Shown: positions 53,845 to 64,000 of the stretch, piece after piece
How positions within the stretch are numbered: position 1 is the first letter of the stretch
Layout of the letters: every line of letters begins with the position of its first letter
Source: Octopus vulgaris
Lineage: Eukaryota
Length of the DNA: 64,000 nucleotides
Reading direction: 5' to 3'
Assembly (NCBI GenBank): GCA_951406725.2
Contig: OX597838.1
Location: forward strand, 11,160,001-11,224,000
Translations under genes and position numbers: made by a program
The notes under the pieces: generated by a model
The model's database searches: none
The model's input: only the letters and a program-made list of their open reading frames with translations
What the model was told of the DNA's origin: nothing

Positions 53845-54326
53845 CATATTATGCAAGAATGCTATTTTCCCAGGATTTCATTGGTCATAATTAGTAGTGC
53901 ACATTATATATACTTGTACAAGACAAATGTATACAGTAAGTTTGGGACTCAATCAGAGTTGAACTTAGCTGTCCACTCACCCTATCCAATCATCCATTCT
54001 ATTGCACTCGTGTGCTCCTCTCTGTAACTTGAGGGTGTGCTGTGACACATCATCTCTCTCTCTCTCTCCTTTTCAATTGGAGTAGTCATGTATCTCTTCC
54101 CTTAATACTGAACCCCACTCAGTTGAGGCTTCTGGTTTTGTGAGTGACCAGGTGACCTCATTGGTTCTGGTGCCAAGAAAAAAAGCTTCCAGAACACTTT
54201 GTAAAAATGGTTGGTGTTATGAAGGGCATCCAGACAAAGTTGACAATAGGGCTTGGTGTAGTTCTGTAATTTTTGCCAGTCCTATCAAACCATCTAATCT
54301 ACGTCAGTATGGAAGATAAACATTAA

Positions 54327-54361
<35 letters not shown>

Positions 54362-54868
54362 AATGATACAGCTTTGCCTATGTTTGGCTGTTTAATTGTT
54401 TACAAACTGTAACAGAGTAAATAACTAACTCCTCGTGAGAAGAAACAAATGAATAGTGATATTCATGCCTGTCTCAAATAAAGAAGCAGGAAGGCTGGGT
54501 TGCTAAGAAATTTAAACACATAATTAAATTTCACATGGTCCCTCCTCATCATTATCATTTAATTCCTGTTTTCCTGTTGGATCGTTTGACAGTAGAAGAC
54601 GTTTTTGCACCAAAAATGGCATGCAGTGGGACTGAACCCAGAACCATGCAATTGAGAAGCAAACTTCTTACTACACAACCATGTTTGAAACTGCTAGGCT
54701 TGTTACCATTTAATTCAACGGATGAACTACGACTATTACTCATACTATCCCCACCAAGTAATGTCTCCATCACTTGCCTCAGTCTGATCAGCCGACAAAC
54801 TTCCAGGGCTGATACGATGATCAATTAAGAAAGAACAAATATAGCAAAATCACTTCCCACAACTAGTG

Positions 54869-54916
<48 letters not shown>

Positions 54917-55400
54917 GTGCGTGCGTGCAACACATCCTATGTAAAAATGGTTAAAAATAAGAAATACTTTGGGAATTGGTATCCAATTTCTAACTGATCA
55001 TAAAATAGTCTCTGATATTTATTTTTTTTCCCCCCCCATCTTTTTTTTCTTTTTATCAACGGTTGCTGGATGTTTCTAATTGACAGAATTAACGAGTAGA
55101 AATTTACCAAACAGCATCACTACATCAAAAACTGAAGCCAATTTCCCTGATGTCTATCTGCTTGATGTATCAAAGAAAGTTCCGACAGAAGCAAAAGAGT
55201 GTCATTGTTGTTTCGTCTTCGAAATGGCAAACAGGCTGAACATCAAAGCAAGTTGATTGTGGAATAATAAATGAGAGATCTGAAACATTAATCCTCCTGT
55301 AATTATAGATAGTCAGTCTCTCTCTCTCTCTCTCTATCTCTATCTCTCTCACACACACACACACAAAAACAAATTCATACTCACTACATAAGCACAAATG

Positions 55401-55432
<32 letters not shown>

Positions 55433-55656
55433 ATTTTTCTAATTTTGGCACAAGGTCAGCAATTTTGAAGAGCGAGAAAGTTGGTTACATCCCTCCCAAT
55501 ACTTGGCTACACTTTACTCTTTTACTTGTTTCACACATTGGACTGTGGCCATACTGGAGCAATGCTTTATAGCAAGAGTGGGGAAACCCACTGCCTGCAG
55601 GTGCAATTGCACCTGCAAGCCCATTGTATTGCATCCACAGGCTGATATACTTGTAT

Positions 55657-55990
55657 ACTCTTTTACTCGTTTCAGTCATTTGACTGCGGCCATGTTGGAG
55701 CACCGCCTTTAGTCGAGCAAATCGACCCCGGGACTTATTCTTTGTAAGCCCAGTACTTATTCTATCGGTCTCTTTTGCCGAACCGCTAAGTGATGGGGAC
55801 GTAAACACACCAGCATCGGTTGTCAAGCAATGCTAGGGGGACAAACACACACACATACACATATATACGACGGACTTCTTTCAGTTTCCGTCTACCAAAT
55901 CCACTCACAAGGCATTGGTCGGCCCGGGGCTATAGCAGAAGACACTTGCCCAAGATGCCACGCAGTGGGACTGAACCCGGAACCATGTGG
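55657..55990 (-). mobile_element. CORE-type SINE (young subfamily)
   Basis: Same diagnostic variant as 29458-29868. Confidence 0.9.
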
Positions 55991-57609
55991 TAAAAATGTA
56001 CAAAATATAGTCAATTTTTCAACTATATAATTCACCCAATATTCATATGCCTATTTGTGACTTAAGTTGCATTTCCATTTCAACTTAAAAGGGCTAGGAC
56101 TCAAACAGAGAATCATCCAGCAATTGCCATTTGAATGGAAATTTTGTTTTCATTATCATTCAACTACAGTAATACCTGAATAATATTCTTAACGCTGCAA
56201 TTTACTCACCAGCAGCATCTTTCAGAGCTTGTTGCTAATTCAGTTCTAAACCAAATTGAAAACTGTTAACATTTTTGAAGAGGGCTGGTCCTTAGCTACA
56301 TATTGTCATAAAAAACTGAGATTTGGTCCAGTAGACAAAAGTTTGCATCAAAATTTGTAGCAACATCATAGGAGAGTAAGTAACGTCTCCAATCAAGTTT
56401 AGATCTAAATAACTTTTTTATTTTAAAAGCAAAATATATTTATCTTAGTGCCAATGATAGAAGAAAGCATGAAGAATTTCATAGTTTTGATCCCATGTGA
56501 CAAAAATGTGTATCAAAAAAGTTGTGAGGTAAAATATAAAAAAAAAATGTAAGGCAAAAAATTGGATTTAAGTATAATTAACTTTTTTTATTTTAAAAAC
56601 AAACTATATTTTAATTAAGCTTAAATGATAGAGCTCAATTTAAGGGATTTTATGGTATCAATTCCATGCATGGAGTTTCCATGCAATGGAGTTTTAAAAG
56701 AAATAGTTATGAGTGTTTGTTTCTCAAATTTGAGGGTGATAATACAGTTCTATACTTTTTATGAATATAGTTCTGTAAGGGGCTTTTAATATGTCGCTGG
56801 CATCATTGAGGTAAGGAAAAAAATTATCAACAACACCGCTAATTTGCAATTATTTTCCATATGGAAAACCCACTTTTTTCTGTTAAGGGCTTACAAGCCC
56901 TAATTCTAGCCTATTTTCTGTAGTCAATACATGGCAACCTCTTATAAGCTTTAGGCTTATAAATATCATTATTATTTACTGAATTGTTACTCGTCACTGT
57001 TTCTCCATTTATTGCAGAATACACACACACACACACACAACTATACACACCTGTCCACATAACTTAGCAGTTTGGCAAAAGAGATTGATAGAATAAGTAT
57101 CAGGCTTTAAAAAAAAATGTACTGGGGTTGATTCATTCAACTAAAATATAATTCAAGGCAGTGCCCCAGCATGGCCTCAGTCTAATAACTGAAACATATA
57201 AATGATAAATGATATTAAGCAGATATATGCCTACTTTCACCCAGCCCTGCATTACACATACATGCAGGCATAAAATACCATATTTATAAAGTAATGTCAA
57301 AGTAAGCAAAGAAGGAGGTACCACATGGTAGTTTGATCTGCTATAAACAGGAGCTAAATCTCCCTCAAATCTCTCTCACATCTTAATTATTCAGAAATGT
57401 GTCACGATGAATGGAGCTTAAATTAGAGGATTAATTAATTTAGAGTAGAATTAAAATGGCAAAGTGGATTATGAGATCCCATATCAGTGAGAAAATATTT
57501 CAGGAACCTAATTCCTAATTGCTTCTGTGTAGTGCAGCTTTGAAGAATAAGAAGGTCTTCCAGGAGAGAGGAGACTTGCATGCATGGAGAACTGCCAGTC
57601 TCCCCACAA

Positions 57610-57734
57610 AATATGAAAGCAAAGTCGACCTGAGTGGAATTTGAACTAAGAACATAGAGGCAGATGAAATCCCACTAATTATTATGTCCAGCGTGGTAAC
57701 AATTCTGCCAGCTCATCACTACAATAGCAACAAC

Positions 57735-57790
<56 letters not shown>

Positions 57791-58400
57791 AAATAATAAT
57801 CCTTTCTACTCTAGGCACAAGGCCTGAAATTTGGTGGTGGTTGGGGCTAGTCAATTCCATCGACCCCAGTGCAAAACTGGTGCTTATTTTATCGACTCTA
57901 AAAGGATAAAAGGCAAAGTCAACCTCAGCAGAATTTGAAATCAGAATGCAAAAACAGATGAAATACCACTAACCATTTTGCTTTATGTGCTTATGAGTCT
58001 ACCAGGATTATAATAACAACCCTTTCTACTCTAGGCACAAGGCTGGAAATTTGGCGGAGGAGGATAGTTGATTACCTCAGCCTCAGTGCTCAACTGGTGC
58101 TCATTTTATCAACCCCAAAAGAGTAAAAGGTAAAGTTTACCTCAGCAGAATTTGAACTCAGAACGTAAAGATGGAAGAAATGCCGCTAGGTGTTTCACCC
58201 AGCACACTAATGATTCCACCAGGTCAGCACCTTAATAATAATAATAATCTTTTCTATTACAGACACAAGGCCTGAAATTTTTGGGGGGAGGGGACTAGTC
58301 AGTTACATCAACCCCAGTGTTTCACTGGTACTTAATTTATCAACACCAAAAGAATTGAAAGGTAAAGTCGACTTCAGCAGAATTTGAACTCAGAATGAGG
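57610..58400 (-). mobile_element. Cluster of four Meta-like SINEs with (AAT)n spacers
   Basis: Repeated aaaggcaaagtc...gaatttgaac bodies. Confidence 0.8.
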
Positions 58401-59720
58401 TGTATTAAAAAGTTGGGTGGTAGAGCTGAAGAAGTGTACAAGGGAGCAGCAGATGGGGGAATGGGCAATAGGGAACAGCTGAAAATATTGGGTAGTGTTG
58501 AAGGGTGGATGTAGGGAGTGATTGATAAAGGTTGCGTAATAATAACTGAGTGTGGGACTCACAAAGGGGACGACAGGGGACCAAGACTCCTGGTGGTTTA
58601 CTGAGCTTGAAAAGAGACATCAATATAAGTAAAATTGTGGTTATCCTTGCATATAGGCTCATCCCCTGCAACCCTCTCTAGCTGAGCATCCCTAATCTAG
58701 TGGGTTCATAGGTGTTGATGCCATGTAAAAAATACCTGTGCTGATGTGGCATAAAAGCACCCAGTACACTTTGTAAAGTTAGGAAGGGCACCCAGTCATA
58801 GAAATCATTTCAAAACAGACAGAGAGCCTGAACAGCCCTTCATCTAGTCAGCTCCTGTCAAACCATCCAACCCATGCCAGCATGGAAAACAGACATTGAA
58901 TGATGATGATGATGATGTTTACAAATGAAAGTGAATACCCACTTTCCAGTTAAGAGATTAGAGGCAAGTAATTATTATGAGCTGTTCTCAATTAGGGTTT
59001 GAAATCATGAATATTAGATCGTTAGTCCAACATTTTAATCCTTTAACCATCGACCATGTACTTGACCTGAATTAATTGCAAATTAACTTTGACCTACATT
59101 TGACCCAAAGTCATTTACAGCCAGCAGGGTCCAAATAGTTCTTAAATTTAAAGCATATGGATTGTCAGTATCTTGAAGTAAATATCTAATATAATGAGAA
59201 GATTAACTCTGTAATTAATAATGATTAATAAATATTTGTAAAAATCGATAAAACCTCAATCTAACCTAATCTAGTCTAATCTAATCTATAACTGTATCTG
59301 TCAAAAATTTAAATACTTTTGGCTTGGAAAAGGAAAAGGAAAAAAAACCCCAAAAAACAAGAAAGAAATCATTGGGAAATATTTTTTGTAGCGATGTGGG
59401 AATAGTTGAAATCAGAATTGGTCAATTAAAGGAATGATTGGTGGCGGAGAGTGAGAAATGCAACAAAATGAAATAAAACAAAACTATTGTCAGTAGAAAT
59501 TGTTAAAGCTTTTGCAATGATTAGATCTATCAAGTTTGATGAATCTTTGGAAATTAGAAACAGAAATTAAACATTTTATTGAATGGAGTGTTTTGTGCAT
59601 TTATTCTGTTCTCTCTCTTCAATGTGTGAATTTGAACTGGTGAATGAGTTTATAAGTTGAGTGCATGAATGAGTGCAGAGAAAAGTGCAGCTGTGCAAAT
59701 GAATGATTGAGTCTAAGTTT

Positions 59721-61004
59721 GGGAGTGGCTGTGTGGTGAGTAGCTTGCTTAAGAACCACGTGGTTCCGGGTTCAGTCCCACTGCGTGGCACCTTGGGCAA
59801 GTGTCTTTTACTATAGCCTCGGGCCAACCAAAGCCTTGTGAGTGGATTTGGTAGACGGAAACTGAAAGAAGCCTGTCGTATAGGATTGGCTGTGTGGTAA
59901 GTAGCTTGCTTAAGAACCACGTGGTTCCGGGTTCAGTCCCACTGCTTGGCACCTTGGGCAAGTGTCTTCTACTATAGCCTCGGGCCGACCAAAGCCTTGT
60001 GAGTGGATTAGGTAGACGGAAACTGAAAGAAGCCTGTCGTATAGGATTGGCTGTGTGGTGAGTAGCTTGCTTAAGAACCACGTGGTTCCGGGTTCAGTCC
60101 CACTGCGTGGCACCTTGGGCAAGTGTCTTCTACTATAGCCTCGGGCCGACCAAAGCCTTGTGAGTGGATTTGGTAGACGGAAACTGAAAGAAGCCTGTCG
60201 TATAGGATTGGCTGTGTGGTGAGTAGCTTGCTTAAGAACCACGTGGTTCCGGGTTCAGTCCCACTGCGTGGCACCTTGGGCAAGTGTCTTTTACTATAGC
60301 CTCGGGCCAACCAAAGCCTTGTGAGTGGATTTGGTAGACGGAAACTGAAAGAAGCCTGTCGTATAGGATTGGCTGTGTGGTAAGTAGCTTGCTTAAGAAC
60401 CACGTGGTTCCGGGTTCAGTCCCACTGCTTGGCACCTTGGGCAAGTGTCTTCTACTATAGCCTCGGGCCGACCAAAGCCTTGTGAGTGGATTAGGTAGAC
60501 GGAAACTGAAAGAAGCCTGTCGTATAGGATTGGCTGTGTGGTAAGTAGCTTGCTTAAGAACCACATGGTTCCGGGTTCAGTCCCACTGCTTGGCACCTTG
60601 GGCAAGTGTCTTCTACTATAGCCTCGGGCCGACCAAAGCCTTGTGAGTGGATTTGGTAGACGGAAACTGAAAGAAGCCTGTCGTATAGGATTGGCTGTGT
60701 GGTAAGTAGCTTGCTTAAGAACCACATGGTTCCGGGTTCAGTCCCACTGCTTGGCACCTTGGGCAAGTGTCTTTTACTATAGCCTCGGGCCAACCAAAGC
60801 CTTGTGAGTGGATTTGGTAGACGGAAACTGAAAGAAGCCTGTCGTATAGGATTGGCTGTGTGGTAAGTAGCTTGCTTAAGAACCACGTGGTTCCGGGTTC
60901 AGTCCCACTGCTTGGCACCTTGGGCAAGTGTCTTCTACTATAGCCTCGGGCCGACCAAAGCCTTGTGAGTGGATTAGGTAGACGGAAACTGAAAGAAGCC
61001 TGTC

Positions 61005-61005
<1 letters not shown>
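59721..61005 (+). repeat. Tandem array of 8 x 161-bp SINE 5' halves (tRNA head plus CORE)
   Basis: Units start at 59721, 59882, 60043, 60204, 60365, 60526, 60687 and 60848. Confidence 0.97.
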
Positions 61006-61036
<31 letters not shown>

Positions 61037-61237
61037 GTGTGTGTCTGTGTTTGTCCCACAACATCGCTTGACAACCAATGCTGGTGTGTTTACGTCCCCG
61101 TAACTTAGCAGTTCGACAAAATAGACCGATAGAATGAGTACTAGGCTTATAAAGAATAAGTCCTGGGGTCGAGTAGCTCGACTAAAGGCGGTGCTCCAGC
61201 ATGGTCACAATCAAATGACTGAAACAAGTAAAAGAGT
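61006..61237 (+). mobile_element. Single SINE 3' half completing the array
   Basis: Microsatellite, then ...GACTGAAACAAGTAAAAGAG. Confidence 0.9.
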
Positions 61238-61536
61238 TTAGCAACAGAGGTAGTACTGATACCAAGGGGTAATATTTATCCCCACTTAAAAGTGGATCTT
61301 GTATGAGAACAAACTTTACTGTGGTAGATATCACAAGAGAAACTGGCTTTTGGTGCATATAAGCACTGGTTTATATCACTTATGGGAAGATAAATCCTTA
61401 ACACTGCCAAGACTAGCAGATCACATTATTTCGACCTTCTTTGGTCTTGTCAACGAAGGCCACTCAACCACTAGAAGTAGCAGTAACTCATCTCCCCACC
61501 AGAAAAGTTGCTGGTGTCACAATTGGCCAGTGTCAC

Positions 61537-61894
61537 AGGCGGTTGGATGGAACATACACTCGCCTCCTTATGAGAGCTCAAAATCTCTTGTGGAAGCGTC
61601 ATCCAACCAAAATGCAAATATATGGGAAACTACCACCTGTATCATCTCTTGTGAAAGGTTGAAGAGTCCAGTTTGCTGGACATTGTTGTAGAGCTGAAAA
61701 CGAGGTAATTTCTACTCTTCTCCTCAGGAAGTCATCTGCTCGTGATACCAGAGGGTGCACACTCTCCAACCCTGATGTAATCTCCAGGGATACAGGCATC
61801 CAGCAACAGGGCCTCCGTAATGCTACGATGGACCGTGAAGTCTGGCGTAACATAGTAAATTCCATTGTCTCGACCACAGTCGAACAATGATGAC
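61537..61894 (+). mobile_element. Second RTE-X-like LINE 3' end
   Basis: Closely similar to 53476-53844, with an in-frame stop. Confidence 0.8.
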
Positions 61895-62083
61895 GAGCTG
61901 GTTAGAAATATATATATTAGCGACAGAGGCAGTATTCATAATCAAGAAGTAATATTTATTGCCACTTAAACATGGATGTTCTGTTGGAACAAACTATACT
62001 GCAGTGGATACCATGAGAGAAACTCTCATATTGGCTTTTGGTCCATATAAGCACTCTTGTTTATATCGCTAGTGGGGAGATAA

Positions 62084-62303
62084 CCCTTTAACATTTAAAC
62101 CGGCCATATCCGGCCCAAATGGTCTACCTGTTTCATGTTCAAACTGGCCAGATCCAGTCTCTCCCACCTACCCTACAATGTCATTCTAAAATTAAATGAT
62201 TACATCTTCAAAATCTTGAAGCTATGAGATAATACGTAATTAATTTTTTAAAATATGGATACATGAACATTACACTTGATAAATTAATCTGAATGCTAAA
62301 GGG
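62084..62303 (+). mobile_element. piggyBac-like MITE, second family
   Basis: CCCTTTAACATT ... AATGCTAAAGGG|TTAA; left flank ataa. Confidence 0.8.
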
Positions 62304-62619
62304 TTAAATACAGTCACTTGACTTACTAAAACTAGCAGCTAAATCATCCTCATATCCCACTCTATAGTCATCAGCAAACAAGAACACTTAGAATGATTGA
62401 TTATGTTGTTCTAAATATACTAAGTCAAGATGGGGTGGCCATGGCTGAAACACCTTTGATCATAGGTTTGCCCATACGGGGTTGGTTGACTTAAGGTTAA
62501 GCAACAACTACAACTAAAAGCACCAATTAAATACTTTGTTTGATCAGAAACCTGAATGCCATAAATCTGCTCAGGCAGAACTGATTGGAGCTACCAAAGT
62601 AGAAGTAACAAGATCAAGA

Positions 62620-63465
62620 GGCAGTGGTGGTGGTCGTGGTCATGGTGGTGGTGGTGGTGGTGGTGGTAGGTGGTGGTAGGTGGCAGTTGTGGTGGTGATA
62701 GTAGTGGAGGTGGTGGTGATGGTGTCAGTGATGGTAGTGAGTGGTGGTGGTAGTAGTGGGTGTTGATGATAGTAGTGGGTGTTGGTGGTAGTAGTGGGTG
62801 TTGGTGATAGTAAGTGGTGGTGGTGGTGGTGGTCTTGTCGTCAGTGGTCAACTGGTAGGTGATGATGGTGTTGGTGATGGTGGCAACGGTGGTGGTGGTG
62901 GCAGTGGTGATAATAGTGCTGGCAATGGTGGCAGGTGGTAGTTGTAGTGGTGGTGGTGGTGGTGGTAGGTGATGATGGTGGTTGGTAGATGGTGGTAGGT
63001 GGCTATGGTGGTGGTGATAGTAATAGTGGAGATGGTGGTGTTAGTAGTGGAGGTGATAGTGGTGTCAGTGATGGTGGTGATAGTGGTGGTGGTAGTAGTG
63101 GGTGTTGGTGATAGTAAGTGGTGGTGGTAGTTGTCATTGTCGTCAGTGGTCAACTGGTAGATGATGGTGGTGGTGGTGGTGATGGTGATGTTGGCAACGG
63201 TGGTGGTGGTGATAATAGTATTGGCAATGGTGGCAGGTGGTAGTTGTAGTAGTGGTGGTAGTGGTGGTAGTAGTAGTAGTAGTAGTGGGTGTTGGTGATA
63301 GTAAGTGGTGGTGGTGGTCTTGTCGTCAGTGGTCAACTGGTAGATGATGGTGGTGGTGGTGGTGGTGATAGTGATGTTGGCAACGGTAGTGGTGGTGATG
63401 GCAGTGGTGATAATAGTGTTGGCAATGGTGGCAGGTGGTAGTTTTAGTTGTAGTGGTGGTGGTGT
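62620..63465. repeat. (GGT)-rich cryptic repeat with three copies of a unique core
   Basis: TTGTCGTCAGTGGTCAACTGGTAG recurs at about 62835, 63137 and 63320. Confidence 0.85.
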
Positions 63466-63827
63466 TTGCTTCGGCAATAAACCGGACTTTGCAATTTGAT
63501 ACCATTTAAACTACAATCAGAATAAAAGTGGTAAAGTAACCAGAAAAAAAATCAATGTTTGCTGTATATTTCCAGAGAAATATCCAAGACAGATGCATGA
63601 ATAATTCTCCTTTTGTGCTTCTTGTATCGGCTTCTGTTCCTTTTATTGAGTCTTTGTCTGCCTCTGTCTAACTTTTATTGCCGACTTCTGGTTTGCTCTG
63701 TTGTTAACTACATCTTAACCCGGTTTCTTTATTAATTACAACAGCTTCTGTTTGGTTCCTTTTGCATTAGCAAACACCACATACTTGGCTACTTTTATGA
63801 GTTGCTTGCTTTGTTCTGCATATATAC

Positions 63828-63858
<31 letters not shown>

Positions 63859-63876
63859 CATACATACAGACATATG

Positions 63877-63915
<39 letters not shown>

Positions 63916-63934
63916 GCACATACACACACAGATA

Positions 63935-64000
63935 GGCACAGGTGTGGCTGTATAGTAAGAAGCTTGGTTACCAACCTCATGGTTTCAGGTTCAGTCCCGC
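63935..64000 (+). mobile_element. CORE-type SINE head running off the window
   Basis: GGCACAGGTGTGGCTGTATAGTAAG...GGTTCAGTCCC. Confidence 0.8.

Noticed and set aside
55108-55279. Minus-strand segment with acceptor and donor
   Set aside because: All three frames contain stops and there is no other support.
55596-55617. 22-bp perfect palindrome TGCAGGTGCAATTGCACCTGCA
   Set aside because: It lies in a decayed hAT/Charlie-like MITE head, where such palindromes are usual.
58400-58670. Possible Penelope ORF remnant
   Set aside because: Similarity is too faint to support by eye.
59576-61064. Array of overlapping 110-aa ORFs
   Set aside because: These are antisense readings of tandem SINE heads; the same peptide appears at single SINE copies.
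62848-63477. Mucin-like Thr-rich ORF
   Set aside because: It derives from (ACC)n-type low-complexity repeat, with the frame shifting between repeat copies and no splice support.

Overview
AT-rich, repeat-saturated animal genomic DNA, most likely from an octopus or other coleoid cephalopod. This is inferred from the tRNA/CORE-type and Meta-like SINE families, RTE-derived non-autonomous elements, and abundant (AAT)n, (TA)n and (CA)n microsatellites. No host protein-coding gene can be identified with confidence: almost all listed ORFs are microsatellite or SINE artefacts, or decayed LINE/transposase remnants (CR1-like, L1/Tx1-like, R4/Dong-like, RTE-like, mariner). The window also holds piggyBac-like and hAT-like MITEs and a Helitron-type element, often nested with recognisable target-site duplications (TSDs). 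The most notable structures are two type-I hammerhead ribozyme motifs (22676-22733 +, 41354-41434 -), an 8 x 161-bp tandem array of SINE Pol III heads with a 3-unit higher-order period (59721-61005), a Dong/R4-like LINE end inserted in a (TAA)n tract, two minisatellites amplified from one retroposon motif, and several weak splice-signal-bounded exon candidates. Family names come from recalled motifs, not database searches.
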